NCBI GenBank assembly: GCA_031549345.1
Contig: JAVBPY010000009.1
Location: forward strand, 100,733 to 164,732
Length of the DNA: 64,000 bases
Reading direction: 5' to 3'
From: Victivallaceae bacterium
GTDB taxonomy: Bacteria; Verrucomicrobiota; Lentisphaeria; Victivallales; Victivallaceae
The notes under the pieces were generated by a model. That model had not been told where the DNA came from. It ran no database searches and saw only the letters and a list, made by a program, of their open reading frames with translations. The position numbers were made by a program, and so were the translations under genes. Below, in pieces: positions 27,749-37,827 of the stretch. Position 1 is the stretch's first letter, and each line of letters begins with the position of its first letter.

Positions 27749-29698
27749 ATGTTTAAGCGACAGCCGCCCTTTCTGAAACTGGCTCTCCCCTTGGGATTGA
27801 TCGTTACGTCTGCGTTTCTTATTCTCGCCGCGGCCGCGGCCTACACGGCATACAGGCAAATGAACCGGGGAATCCGCCGCGACGGAGCAGCGAAAATCCG
27901 CGAAACGACAATTCGGCTGGATCGGACGCTCTCTTCGGCAATGACCGGCGCGGTACAGCTTGCCGGCATACTGGAAACGCGCGCATTCACAAAACCGGAA
28001 CTTGAACAGCTCCTCCTCCGTCAGGCACGGTTGTTGAACAAAACGGACAGCCGCATCGCGGGCATCAACGTTGCGTTCCGTCCTTACGGTTTGGAGAAGG
28101 ACGAAGAGTTCAACTCCCTTTTCGCCGGCTGGATGGACGGGATGCTTGCGGTAACGCAAAACGGCAGCGCGAACGCGAATTATTTTTCAAGCGACTGGTA
28201 CGCGAAGCCGAAGGAGCAGCGAAAGGGGATGTGGATCGACCCGTTCAATACGGGGCGGGGAATCAACCTCTGGATGTTCGCCTACGCGGTCCCCTTTTAC
28301 AGACTGGAGGAGGGTAAACGCCAATTCTGCGGTGTTGTTACGGTGGATTTGGAACTCGACCGGATTCGCGGCGAACTTTCCAATACAAACCTGGACGGGG
28401 CCGGTTTCACCACGCTCCTTACGTCGTTCGGCTGGATTATCTCCCATCCGGATAAATCCCTTGAGTTGAGCACATCCATTTTCAATCTTGCCGATTCCAA
28501 GGTATCTTTGGCGGAACGGGAAGAAATAATGGAGCACCTCGCCCTTCCCTCCGGCCAGAAAACTTTTCCGAATCTCCCCTTCTTCAAGGGGGGGACGCTC
28601 CTTTTCCACACAAAATTGGTCAACGACTGGACCATCGCCCTGGCGTTGCCGGCCAACCAGCTCTGGCGGCAATACGGTGCGTATTGCTGGATGGCCTTCG
28701 GGCTCTGGGGGGGGCTTCTCGCCCTTACACTGACCGGCATCGGGCTGATTTGCCGCCTGACGACACGCCCGTTGGAAGAACTCGCGCACGCGGCGGACGC
28801 CATCGGCCGCGGAGAACTTCAGACGCCGCTTCCGAAGCTTTTCCGCAAAAGCGGCGAAATCGGCCGCCTGACCACAGCGTTCGTTACCATGCAGGAGCGG
28901 CTCCGCCAACACGCGGACGCCCTGGCGCAAAACAACTCCGACCAGGAGAAAATCGTCAGCGAGATCAGTGTCGCGCGCACCATTCAGCGCGACATTCTTC
29001 CGATTCTCCTGTCGCCCCTTCCCGATTATGACGATCTCTCCGTCGCCGCCATGCTCCGTCCGGCGATGCAGGTTTCCGGCGACACCTACGACGTGATGTT
29101 CCTCGATCCCGACCACCTGCTCCTGACCATCGGCGACGTTTCCGGGCACGGTGTACCGGCCGCCCTCTTCATGGCCATCGCCCAGACGCTCCAACGCGGA
29201 ATCGCCAACACCACATTGAGTCCGGCGGAAATCACGACGCGCCTCAACGGCATCCTCACGAAAAACAACAACGCGACCATGTTCATGACCTCCTGGCTTG
29301 GCATTCTGGAGATTTCCTCCGGGAAGCTTACGTATTGCAACGCGGGGCACAACCGCCCGCTCTTGCGCCGGGGTGAAAACGTGATGGAATTCGGCGATCT
29401 CCACGGGCCGCCGCTGGCGGTGATCGACAGCACCTACGGGGAATCGACCTTCCGTTTGAATGCAAGCGACGTACTTGTCCTTTACACCGACGGGGTAACC
29501 GAGGCATTCAACAAAAGCGGAGAAATGTACGGGCTCGAACACTTCTCCCGGGCGTTGCGCCGCGCCGGGAGGGCTTCGACCATGCGCGACCTTGTGGACC
29601 GCTTGATCCGCGAATTGGACCGCTTTACCGAACAGAGCGAACAGGCGGACGACATCACCATGCTCGTCGTGGAATACCGCCGGGCGCCGGGAGCCTGA
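27749..29698 (+). CDS. Sensor phosphatase: TM - periplasmic Cache-like domain - TM - HAMP - PP2C (SpoIIE/RsbU-like) serine phosphatase
   Basis: Two TM helices flanking an about 270-aa extracytoplasmic domain; HAMP-like linker; PP2C motifs [31 protein letters not shown]; GGAGG SD 10 nt upstream. Confidence 0.8.
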   Translation: MFKRQPPFLKLALPLGLIVTSAFLILAAAAAYTAYRQMNRGIRRDGAAKIRETTIRLDRTLSSAMTGAVQLAGILETRAFTKPELEQLLLRQARLLNKTDSRIAGINVAFRPYGLEKDEEFNSLFAGWMDGMLAVTQNGSANANYFSSDWYAKPKEQRKGMWIDPFNTGRGINLWMFAYAVPFYRLEEGKRQFCGVVTVDLELDRIRGELSNTNLDGAGFTTLLTSFGWIISHPDKSLELSTSIFNLADSKVSLAEREEIMEHLALPSGQKTFPNLPFFKGGTLLFHTKLVNDWTIALALPANQLWRQYGAYCWMAFGLWGGLLALTLTGIGLICRLTTRPLEELAHAADAIGRGELQTPLPKLFRKSGEIGRLTTAFVTMQERLRQHADALAQNNSDQEKIVSEISVARTIQRDILPILLSPLPDYDDLSVAAMLRPAMQVSGDTYDVMFLDPDHLLLTIGDVSGHGVPAALFMAIAQTLQRGIANTTLSPAEITTRLNGILTKNNNATMFMTSWLGILEISSGKLTYCNAGHNRPLLRRGENVMEFGDLHGPPLAVIDSTYGESTFRLNASDVLVLYTDGVTEAFNKSGEMYGLEHFSRALRRAGRASTMRDLVDRLIRELDRFTEQSEQADDITMLVVEYRRAPGA

Positions 29699-29703
29699 CG
29701 GCC

Positions 29704-31989
29704 ATGCAAAACGCACACCGCCTTCATTTCAAAACCTCCGCCACATGCTGGGAGGAAGCGCTTCCGCTTGGCAACGGCCGGATCGGCGCTATGGTGCATG
29801 GCGGCGCGCGGCTGGAACATGTCGACTTCAATGAAGACACGCTCTGGACGGGCTTGCCGATCACCGAAATTTCGCCCCGTATCCCGCTGGAACAGGCGCG
29901 TGAACTTTTAAAGCAGCGGCGTTTCTCCGAAGCAAACCGCTTTGTTACCACACACTGCCTGGGGCGCGGCGCCCAGAGTTACCAGCCAGCGGGCTCGTTG
30001 CACTTGGATTTCGGCCCGGAAACGGAGGGCGCGATCGTTTTCCGCGATCTCCTGTTCCGCACGGCCACGGCGAATGTCCAATCCGCCTCGTCGGAGCGCG
30101 AAGCCTTTGTTTCCGTTCCCGACCAAGTGTTTGTCCTCCGCCTCCTGGCGCGAAAACCGGAGGGGCTGAACCTGACATGCCGCCTCGACTCACCGATCGC
30201 CGGATTTGTTTCGAGCAGCGGCGGCGACCTGGCGTTCAACGGTTTCTGCCCCTTTTACAACCGCTACAACCAAGTACTCCACCTTTCTCCGGAAGGACGA
30301 AACGGGGTGTCCTTTCAAATCCGCCTCCGCCTTGTCGCAGAAGGGGGGACACGGCGCGAAACAAGCGAAAGTCTTACCCTCTCCGGCGCGGATTCCGCGC
30401 TTGTTTTCGTGGCAATACGGAGCAATTTCATCGATTTTCGCACCCTCCCGGCCGGGGATTTTGCAGATATGGCCCGGCGCGACCTGGACGCGGCCGCCGG
30501 CCGCTCCTTTGCGGAACTCCGCGCACGGCACGTCGCCGACCACCGGGAGCTCTACGACCGTTCGGAACTCCTCCTCCCGGAAGCTCCTTCCGACGGCCTT
30601 CCGTCCGACCAACGCATTCCGGCAAAAACCGACGAAACATTCGCGCCGGGCCTTGCCGCGCTCCTGTACCACTACGCGCGTTACCTCCTGATCGCCGCCA
30701 GCCGTCCGGGGACACAGCCGGCGAATCTCCAGGGTATCTGGAATCGCCTCGCCACACCGCCATGGGGGAGCAATTACACGACCAACATCAATCTGGAGAT
30801 GAATTACTGGCCAAGCTGCGTGGCCAACCTTCCGGAATGCGCCGAACCGTTGCTGCGCATGGTCGAAGAACTCGCCGAAAACGGCGCACGGGAGGCCCGT
30901 GCGCGTTATGGGTGCCGAGGATGGTGCTCCCACCACAACAGCGACCTCTGGCGGGCCGTCGCGCCGACGACAGGGCAGGCGCGCTGGGCGTTCTGGCCCT
31001 TCGGCGGCGTCTGGCTCTGCTGCCAATTGGCGGATCATCACCGTTTTTTGCCGACGGAAACGTTGCGGCAGCGCCTCGCGCCGCTTCTGCGCGGCGCGGC
31101 GGAATTTCTCTTCGACTTTCTGGTGGAAGACGGGGCGGGGTGTCTCACAACCTCCCCCTCCACCTCGCCGGAAAACGCATTCACCGATCCGGCCAATGGC
31201 GAACCATCCAGCGTGGGCGTGGGTTCCGCGATGGATATGGAGCTTGCCGCCGAACTTCTGGACGCGGCCTTGGAGCTCCGGTGCGGCGACGAAGCGTTCC
31301 TTGCGCAGGCGAAGCAAACGCGCTCCCGCCTGAAACGCCCCGCCGCGGGGCCCGATGGCCGTCTGATGGAATACGGCGAAGATTTCGCCGAGCCGGAGGT
31401 ACGCCACCGCCACGTTTCGCACCTCTACAGCGTCTACCCCGGCGCGGATTTCACGCCGGACCGGAACGCGGATTTGTTCGACGCTTCGCGCCTTTCCCTC
31501 CTGCGCCGGGGCGACGAAAGCACCGGCTGGGCGATGGGCTGGCGTGTGGCGTTGTGGGCGCGTTTCGGCGATGGCGACCACGCCTGCCGCGTCATCCGCA
31601 ACCTCCTTTCCCCGGTCGATCCCCATGGACCATTGCGCTACCAGGCGGGTGGAATTTACCCGAATTTCTTCGATGCGCACCCTCCGTTTCAGATCGACGG
31701 CAACTTCGGCGTGGCCGCGGGCATCGCGGAAATGCTCCTGCAAAGCCACCGGACGGAAAATGGAATCATGCGCCTGGATCTCCTCCCCGCGCTCCCAGGC
31801 AATTGGAGCAATGGGAGCGTGCGGGGCCTTCGCGCGCGCGGCGGACTGTGCGCGGATATGGATTGGTCGGCCAACAAACCCACGCGCCTTGTCCTGTGCG
31901 CCGCCAATAAAACAACCTTTCTCCTGGCCGGACGGCAATGGACGCTCGAGGCGGGCCAACAAATGGAATTAAAACGGGAAGAACTATGA
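29704..31989 (+). CDS. Glycoside hydrolase family 95 (alpha-L-fucosidase-like), no signal peptide
   Basis: N-terminal [19 protein letters not shown]...[13 protein letters not shown] is the GH95 N-terminal signature; 761 aa. Confidence 0.8.
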   Translation: MQNAHRLHFKTSATCWEEALPLGNGRIGAMVHGGARLEHVDFNEDTLWTGLPITEISPRIPLEQARELLKQRRFSEANRFVTTHCLGRGAQSYQPAGSLHLDFGPETEGAIVFRDLLFRTATANVQSASSEREAFVSVPDQVFVLRLLARKPEGLNLTCRLDSPIAGFVSSSGGDLAFNGFCPFYNRYNQVLHLSPEGRNGVSFQIRLRLVAEGGTRRETSESLTLSGADSALVFVAIRSNFIDFRTLPAGDFADMARRDLDAAAGRSFAELRARHVADHRELYDRSELLLPEAPSDGLPSDQRIPAKTDETFAPGLAALLYHYARYLLIAASRPGTQPANLQGIWNRLATPPWGSNYTTNINLEMNYWPSCVANLPECAEPLLRMVEELAENGAREARARYGCRGWCSHHNSDLWRAVAPTTGQARWAFWPFGGVWLCCQLADHHRFLPTETLRQRLAPLLRGAAEFLFDFLVEDGAGCLTTSPSTSPENAFTDPANGEPSSVGVGSAMDMELAAELLDAALELRCGDEAFLAQAKQTRSRLKRPAAGPDGRLMEYGEDFAEPEVRHRHVSHLYSVYPGADFTPDRNADLFDASRLSLLRRGDESTGWAMGWRVALWARFGDGDHACRVIRNLLSPVDPHGPLRYQAGGIYPNFFDAHPPFQIDGNFGVAAGIAEMLLQSHRTENGIMRLDLLPALPGNWSNGSVRGLRARGGLCADMDWSANKPTRLVLCAANKTTFLLAGRQWTLEAGQQMELKREEL

Positions 31990-32627
31990 AGCACAAATCC
32001 TTTTCGATACTCCTTAAATACACCGTTCTTGTCTTGTTCGCCTTTGCCGTCAGCTTTTTCGCCGCGCGGCTGTTCCCCACACGCACCATCCATGTCGCGG
32101 TATCGCCCCGCCTTCGCGTGGAAACATCTTCCGCCGTCCTTACCGGTACACTCGAATGCCACGGACGCGACCCGGCCGCGGCGGCCGATGCGATGACCCG
32201 GGACAGCGAAACCGTTGTGCACGACCTGAAGAGCGCCGGCATCGAGGCCCGGGACTTCCGCTGGCAGGAAGCGACGCTGAGCAAAGCAGGCAACGAAACG
32301 GTCGTCCGCCGGAATTTCGAGTGCACCGTGACGAATTCCGGCAACGTCCCGGAGTGGCAGCTTGCCGAGCTCACACGCGGTCTATATCTGGAATGCCGTC
32401 TGCGCTATACGTTTTCCGACATTGAAACCCACAAGGAAAAATTAACCGAGATGGCATTCACGGAAGCCGCCGAACGCGCCGCCCCGATCGCCCGAAAGCT
32501 GAACCGCCGCTTGGCGGACGCTTACATTATCGAGCTCGGGAATGTGGAAATAGAGGAAATTGGTGCACAGGAAACGCCCGTGCGGACACTTCGGCAAGCC
32601 GCGCACATCGGATTCAAGTTGAAATGA
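31986..32627 (+). CDS. SIMPL-domain (DUF541) protein with N-terminal membrane anchor
   Basis: Layout V.V.....T..L.G.LE........A...VV..LK.AGIE..D....E..L plus a C-terminal [24 protein letters not shown] block match YggE/SIMPL proteins; ATGA overlap with GH95. Confidence 0.55.
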   Translation: MKHKSFSILLKYTVLVLFAFAVSFFAARLFPTRTIHVAVSPRLRVETSSAVLTGTLECHGRDPAAAADAMTRDSETVVHDLKSAGIEARDFRWQEATLSKAGNETVVRRNFECTVTNSGNVPEWQLAELTRGLYLECRLRYTFSDIETHKEKLTEMAFTEAAERAAPIARKLNRRLADAYIIELGNVEIEEIGAQETPVRTLRQAAHIGFKLK

Positions 32628-33154
32628 AAACACTCCTCGCCCTTGTTCTCTTTCTTATGGTGCTCTCCCTTCGCGGGGAAACAGCTGCGAAGACCGAGTT
32701 GCTTGCCACGCGGACACTGTGCGAAATTCGTGTTACGCGCTCCCATGCCGCCCTCTCTTCGGCGGCGATCGAGCTCCAGCACGATCTGGCCCGTGTGCGC
32801 CAATTGCTCCGAAAACGCGGATTGGATGATAAGGCTGTTTTCGCCTCCCCCATCCATATCGAAACACCGCTGGATGGCGGACGGCGCTTTCACCGTTTGT
32901 CGCAAATTCTTTCCTTTGAAGTGGACGCGCTGAAGGGTCTTTCGCAAAAGGAGCAACGGGAGCTTGCCGGAATCAATTACCGCCTGACCAAAAGCGCAGA
33001 CCTCCTTCCCACCCCCGACAACGAAACAGTCCTGCGCCTCCTGGAAAAACTGGACGTCTCCGCCGGGGCGGGAACCGTGCGCCTGGAAGCACCCACGCTC
33101 CGCCTCCTGGAAAAAGACCGCGCGGAACTGCGCCTGCAACTCCAGAGCAATTAA
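32624..33154 (+). CDS. Secreted hypothetical protein, SIMPL-like N-terminal half (paralog-like)
   Basis: Signal peptide; AIELQHDLARVRQLLRKRGLDDKAVFASPIHIETPL parallels the SIMPL N-half (..A..AL...GI...DIQT..FS..P); ATGA overlap upstream, 1-nt gap to asnB. Confidence 0.35.
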   Translation: MKTLLALVLFLMVLSLRGETAAKTELLATRTLCEIRVTRSHAALSSAAIELQHDLARVRQLLRKRGLDDKAVFASPIHIETPLDGGRRFHRLSQILSFEVDALKGLSQKEQRELAGINYRLTKSADLLPTPDNETVLRLLEKLDVSAGAGTVRLEAPTLRLLEKDRAELRLQLQSN

Positions 33155-33155
33155 C

Positions 33156-35018
33156 ATGTGCGGTCTTGCCGGTTTTATCAATGGTCCGGAAGACGCGGAT
33201 GCCCTCCTCCGCAAAATGACCGACGCCATACGCCACCGGGGCCCCGACGGCGAAGGACATTGGCACGAACCCGGGGCGGCCTTGGGGCACCGGCGGCTCG
33301 CCGTCATCGACCTTGCCGGAGGCGTGCAGCCGATGTTCAACGAAGATGCGTCGGTGGTCGTCGTTTTCAACGGCGAAATTTACAATTATTTGGAGCTGCG
33401 CGCCTTCCTCCTCGGCCGCGGCCATACGCTCCGCACCCGCTGCGACACCGAAGTTTTGGTTCATTTATACGAAGAATACGCTGAACGCATGCCCGAATAC
33501 CTCTCCGGCATGTTCGCGTTTGCGTTGTTCGACCGCAAACGGCGGACGCTGTTCCTGGGGCGCGACAGGCTTGGGAAAAAGCCTCTTTTGTATTTCCAGG
33601 CGGGAAGCCAGCTTGTTTTCGGAAGCGAATTTTCCGCGCTGAAAGCGCACACGGAATTTCCGGCGGAACTGAACACTGCCGCCCTCGGCGATTATCTTTC
33701 GCTCCAATACATTCCCCAGCCGGAAACGGCGTTCCAGCACGTAAAAAAGCTTCCTCCCGCCCACACGCTGGTGTTCGACGCACACACAGGTTCGGTCCGG
33801 CTGCGCCGTTATTGGAGCATCGATTACGGGAAAAAGCTCGATCTTTCACTGGAGGACGCAGCAAAGGAACTGCGAAAAAAAGTTACCGAAAGCGTCCGCC
33901 GACGCCTTATGGCCGAAGTGCCGAACGGCGCATTCCTCTCCGGCGGCATCGATTCGACCATCCTCTGCGGCCTGATGGCGCAGCTTCGCGCCCCGCAGGA
34001 AACAGAGGCGTTCACCATTGGATTTGAGGACCCGGCCTACGACGAACGCGACACGGCGCGCCAGGCGGCCGCCCATTTGAACACCCTCTGCGGCAACCGC
34101 CTGAAGCTGAATGAACTGGTGGTGCGTCCCGGCGATTTTGAACTCCTCCGCACGCTTGTAAAACACTACGGCGAACCGTATGCCGACGCCTCCATGCTCC
34201 CCACCGCCCTTCTCTGCCGCTTCGCCCGTGAGAAATTGACGGTGTGCCTGAGCGGCGACGGGGCGGATGAACTTTTCGGCGGCTACGAACGCTACCGTTT
34301 CATGCGCTGCGCGTCGCGGTTCGACGCGCTCCCCGACGGAATACGCCGCGCCGCCTTCAGCCTCGCCGCCGGAATACTCCCCCACGGCGGAGAACGGACC
34401 CGCGCGGGACGTCTCCGCCGGGCCCTCCTTTCAGCGGCGGAAACGGCGGAACGCCGCTACTTCCGCGTCCTCGACCGCTGTCCTCCGGCGCTGAAAAAAA
34501 TGCTCTGGGCGCCCGATGCACCGGACGCCGCACGGCACTTTCTCCACCCATTCACCGCAAAAGATAAAACGGAGCGCTTTCTGGAGCTCGACCTTGCAAC
34601 CTATCTGCCGAACGACATCCTTGTCAAGGTGGACATCGCTTCGATGCTCTCCTCGCTGGAGGTGCGCGCGCCATTCCTTGATCACGAACTCGCGGAATTC
34701 GCCGCCGCGCTTCCTCTGGAATACAAATTGCTCGGATCCAACAGAAAACGCATTCTCAAACTGGCGTTCCCCGATCTTCTCCCGCCCGCAATTTTGAACG
34801 CGCCCAAGCGCGGCTTCGGCGTTCCCATAAGCCGCTGGCTGCGCGAAAACTGGCGCGGCCCCGCGCAAGAACGCCTCCTCGACGGCTGCCTCCAAAAACA
34901 GAATCTGGTCCACCGCGCGGCACTGGAACGCTGCTTCCGCGATCATTGCAACGAACGCGCCGATCACGGATACATCCTGTTCAACCTCCTCGTCCTCGAA
35001 ATTTTCCTTGGAGATTGA
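33156..35018 (+). CDS. asnB: Asparagine synthase (glutamine-hydrolysing), AsnB-type amidotransferase
   Basis: MCGLAGFI N-terminal Cys nucleophile, then the HRGPDG, AVIDLAGGVQPM, FNGEIYNY, CDTEVL, SGGIDS(T) PP-loop motifs. Confidence 0.85.
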   Translation: MCGLAGFINGPEDADALLRKMTDAIRHRGPDGEGHWHEPGAALGHRRLAVIDLAGGVQPMFNEDASVVVVFNGEIYNYLELRAFLLGRGHTLRTRCDTEVLVHLYEEYAERMPEYLSGMFAFALFDRKRRTLFLGRDRLGKKPLLYFQAGSQLVFGSEFSALKAHTEFPAELNTAALGDYLSLQYIPQPETAFQHVKKLPPAHTLVFDAHTGSVRLRRYWSIDYGKKLDLSLEDAAKELRKKVTESVRRRLMAEVPNGAFLSGGIDSTILCGLMAQLRAPQETEAFTIGFEDPAYDERDTARQAAAHLNTLCGNRLKLNELVVRPGDFELLRTLVKHYGEPYADASMLPTALLCRFAREKLTVCLSGDGADELFGGYERYRFMRCASRFDALPDGIRRAAFSLAAGILPHGGERTRAGRLRRALLSAAETAERRYFRVLDRCPPALKKMLWAPDAPDAARHFLHPFTAKDKTERFLELDLATYLPNDILVKVDIASMLSSLEVRAPFLDHELAEFAAALPLEYKLLGSNRKRILKLAFPDLLPPAILNAPKRGFGVPISRWLRENWRGPAQERLLDGCLQKQNLVHRAALERCFRDHCNERADHGYILFNLLVLEIFLGD

Positions 35019-35034
35019 CCCCATAGGCGTGGAG

Positions 35035-35139
35035 AGAGTGATGGGCCCTTTGTCCTCCACTCCCCCGGTGCCGACGTTCGGGCTCGGGCCCCCGCACAAG
35101 GGCGCGCCCTTGTGCGCCCGCCTTACGGCGGGTTAACGC
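35035..35139. repeat. Extragenic palindromic repeat element, copy B (24-nt perfect palindrome)
   Basis: cgcacaagggcgcgcccttgtgcg (35093..35116) is a perfect 12+12 inverted repeat, followed by cccgccttacggcgggttaacgc; both copies lie just 3' of plus-strand genes. Confidence 0.5.
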
Positions 35140-35471
35140 TCCGCCCCCTCGCAGTGCGCGGAACGCGGAAGCACAACGCACCGCTCCAGAGCCGCGGAGC
35201 GAATGCAAGGAAATTGTTTTGCGCAGCAGCGCAAAACAACGAGGAGCGATTAGCGGCGAAGCCGCGCGTAGCGCAGCGGTGGAACCGCCGCCGCGAGCAT
35301 CTGCGGGAACAGCCCAGCCTCATGCCACCCGATCGGCATCTCGAATGGGGGGTCTGGGGGAAAAGGGCGGTTTTTCCCCAGGCTCTATCGCCAAGAACCA
35401 CCGGCCCTCTATCACTAGGTCCCTGAAAGATTATATAGCGTTTGCTGCAATCTTCAGGTTGCCCGCGAATG

Positions 35472-36255
35472 TCAGAGGTGGATCAGCGAATAATCGTGTT
35501 TTCCGGGTTGGCCGTTTTCCATCTTCGCGCCTGTTTCCAGCGGGCGCTTGTTGATTACCTCGACAAGTTGCTTTCCCCAGCGGTCGATGATTTCACGGAC
35601 GTTGGCGTAGGGAGAAACAAGCTTGTTCACATCCAGAATCGCCCCCTTCTCGTGCGAATTGGCCGCGAACAGAACAAGAACCTTCCCGGTTTCCGCATCC
35701 ACCACCTTCCCTTCGATGGCGATATAGGCGGAAAGGGGCGAATCCGTTTCGTGCGCCAAAACCGATTTTACCGGAATCAGGCAGAGGGTGATCGGGCGAA
35801 GAACCGCAGCAGCGGCAGTCGTCCCCGTTTCGATCAACGGCTTGTTGGCAACAACTTTAACAATGGCAAGCTCCAGGCGGACCGTCCCCGGCGCGGGCTT
35901 GTCGACAAGCGTCATCCGGCACGGACCGGTACGGACCGCCTTGGAAAAAGTTTCCTTCATGTATGCGGCAAGCTCTTTCAAGTCCGCATCTTCCTTGCCC
36001 ATCAGGGCGCGCACGCCGTTGTGTTCCGCCCAGGACTGCTCCAAACGCAAGTCCGTGCGGACATCCGCGATAAGAATCTTGTCGTACTTCGACATCGCCG
36101 CGGAGGGATCTTTCCAGACACGCCCCGCCGGTATGCGGCTGTCGTGCGCCAAACGCCCGTCGTCGGGGACAAAAACCGTCTTTTCCGGCCCCGACGAACA
36201 TCCCCCCAGCAGAACACCCAGTGCAATCGCCCCGATCCCCAATGTCTTTTTCACA
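35472..36255 (-). CDS. Lipoprotein (DUF3313-like); has its own SD + GTG start but is in frame with, and not separated by a stop from, the upstream yaiI-like gene
   Basis: AAGGAGG, 4 nt, GTG (start 36255..36253), then KKTLGIGAIALGVLLGGCSS (lipobox LLGGC). The track shows one 437-aa ORF 35472..36785 spanning both. Confidence 0.5.
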
Positions 36256-36275
36256 ACCCCTCCTTTTTTTTGTAA
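36253..36275 (-). promoter_or_regulatory. Internal ribosome-binding site + GTG start inside the yaiI-lipoprotein ORF, adjacent to an A8 homopolymer
   Basis: Minus-strand reads caAAAAAAAAGGAGGggttGTGaaaaag: A8 run, AAGGAGG, 4-nt spacer, GTG. In the adjacent reading frame TGA overlaps the GTG (GTGA). Confidence 0.5.
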
Positions 36276-36704
36276 AAAGCGATTCAACGCATCCATAAAA
36301 GCAACCCGCTGACGCTCGGAAAACGGCGGCGGACCGCCCCCTGCTTCGCCCGTGCTCCGCAGTTCCTCCATCAACTCACGCATGGCCATGGCGTTTTTTA
36401 TGTTCCCCGGCGTGAAGAAATCGCCACGTATTCCCAATACCTCCGCCCCCACTCCGAGCGCGCGATCCGCCAGGGGGATGTCCGCCGTGACAACCAAGTC
36501 GCCCCGGTCGATGTGTTCCACAATCCAGTCGTCGGCCCCGTTGAATGCGCCCCCCGCGCCGATGGCGCGAACATACGCGGATTCCGGGAGGCGGAGGCAC
36601 TGCGCGGCGACAAAGAGCGTTTCCACTTTTTCCCGCTCCGCCACCTTCAGCAGCACCTCTTTCAAGGGACGCGGCATCGCGTCGCAATCGGCGAGTATTT
36701 TCAT
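36256..36704 (-). CDS. yaiI: YaiI/YqxD family protein (DUF188/UPF0178), about 150 aa; no in-frame stop before the downstream lipoprotein in this sequence
   Basis: MKILADCDAMPRPLKEVLLKVAEREKVETLFVAAQ...GDLVVTADIPLADRAL parallels E. coli YaiI ([35 protein letters not shown]...GDLVITADIPLAAEAI). The ATG at 36704 lies 4 nt after the upstream gene's stop. Confidence 0.6.
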
Positions 36705-36708
36705 CCGT

Positions 36709-37350
36709 TTAGAATCCGAAGGTCGTTTTCGTTTTTTTGACGCCCAGGGGTTCGTTGTAGGACCAAATCTCTTCGCCCGTTTCAATGTCGCCTATTTTAA
36801 GGTTGAAGGAGGTAACCTTCACGGTGGTATTGCCGTCGCGGACGATGTTGGTGATGACGGCCCCTTCCAAACTCAAATTGGGGGCGTTCAGCGTTCCGGA
36901 GCGCGCAACAGTCGCCTGGTTGAAATTTTTATCGTTCTTAAGATCGCGCGCCTCCGAAAAGGTTCCTTTCGCATCGCGCCCCGTTGCAAGAGTAATCCGG
37001 ACTTTGCCGGAATCGCGGAGCGCTTTGCTGAGCTCGTCGGTGATCAGATTCATGTTCAGCTCCGGATCGTTGGTGTCGTTCCGGAGGTAACGGCTGATTT
37101 GCATCAAGGGCAACTGCCCATCGTGTTTCTTTTTATAGCGTTCCAGAAAATGCGTATAGGCGGGACTGGCCATCGCGTCCTCCGCCGCGGCGCGGGCGGC
37201 GATAAAACATTCCGTCTGCGAAACAGTGGTCAGCGAGCGGACCTTGTTCTCGGAGGGGTTGCGAGGGTCGAACTCCTCCGTCTTCACCGAAGAACACCCT
37301 GCGCAAAGGGTCAATAACACGGCCGCACCCGGAAAAAATAGTTTTTTCAT
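36709..37350 (-). CDS. COG3417 / LpoB-like lipoprotein (penicillin-binding-protein activator LpoB family-like)
   Basis: Lipobox LCAGC. LRNDTNDPELNMNLITDELSKALRDSGKVRI and NLKIGDIETGEEIWSYNEP parallel E. coli LpoB SVNNRTNGSLNAAEATETLRNALANNGKFTLV and LMLVQTGEIIWSGKG. Sits directly after a YcfL-like gene as in the E. coli ycfL-lpoB locus. Confidence 0.5.
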   Translation of the reverse strand: MKKLFFPGAAVLLTLCAGCSSVKTEEFDPRNPSENKVRSLTTVSQTECFIAARAAAEDAMASPAYTHFLERYKKKHDGQLPLMQISRYLRNDTNDPELNMNLITDELSKALRDSGKVRITLATGRDAKGTFSEARDLKNDKNFNQATVARSGTLNAPNLSLEGAVITNIVRDGNTTVKVTSFNLKIGDIETGEEIWSYNEPLGVKKTKTTFGF

Positions 37351-37365
37351 CCTTTTTATCGCTCC

Positions 37366-37818
37366 TTATTCCGCCTCTTTCAGGCTGATGTTGAAATCCC
37401 GGCACTCCCGGCTCGGGGCCACGGACTGAATATACACCCCTTCTCCGGGAATTACACGGTACTCCTTCCATGTCGACCCCACGGAACGGACCGCCATTCC
37501 GTCCTTATCCAGCCAAGTAAATTTGTACTGAATGCGGTACGGGTTCTCCCCGGTAATTCCGCTCCACATCTGCGAAAAAAATCCCGTCCGCACATTCACC
37601 GCCGTTACCTGAACACGCAGCAAACCGTCCTCGGTATCCGCAACAACCAGCCCGGTCAGCAAAAGACGGTCGCGCAGGAACGAATCGGTTACAAAACGTT
37701 TGTCCGCAATCACCTTCACCTGTGCGTTCTTCTCCGCATTCTCCATGTGGTTGACCGAGTTCTGGCAGCCGCCCACCGCGAACAGAAGCAACATGATCCC
37801 CGCAAAACATCTTCCCAT
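37366..37818 (-). CDS. YcfL-like lipoprotein (DUF1425)
   Basis: Lipobox AVGGC; PYRIQYKFTWLDKDGMAVRSVGSTWKEYRVIPGEGVYIQSVAP matches the YcfL pattern YRF.WYD..G.......W..V.LPG.G.I...AP. Confidence 0.55.
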   Translation of the reverse strand: MGRCFAGIMLLLFAVGGCQNSVNHMENAEKNAQVKVIADKRFVTDSFLRDRLLLTGLVVADTEDGLLRVQVTAVNVRTGFFSQMWSGITGENPYRIQYKFTWLDKDGMAVRSVGSTWKEYRVIPGEGVYIQSVAPSRECRDFNISLKEAE

Positions 37819-37827
37819 AAAACCCTC

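Noticed and set aside
22723-31962. Antisense or out-of-frame ORFs 22723..24492, 24946..25701, 28187..29716, 30177..31910, 30190..31962
   Set aside because: They overlap the CBM9/hydrolase, PP2C and GH95 genes, whose sense frames carry the conserved motifs; no domain signatures in these ORFs
35150-35300. Possible tmRNA: tag-like reading frame AQNNEERLAAK inside the structured intergenic region
   Set aside because: LAA is not followed by a stop codon in any frame; no GGGG...UGGA acceptor or T-loop (GGTTCGA) context was found; the similarity is probably fortuitous
36237-36661. Apparent +1/-1 frame discrepancies between my hand translation of the displayed bases and the ORF track inside the yaiI segment
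   Set aside because: Most likely my miscounting of homopolymer characters, since the track shows one continuous ORF. It is noted only because both positions are homopolymer runs and would matter for the fusion/frameshift interpretation
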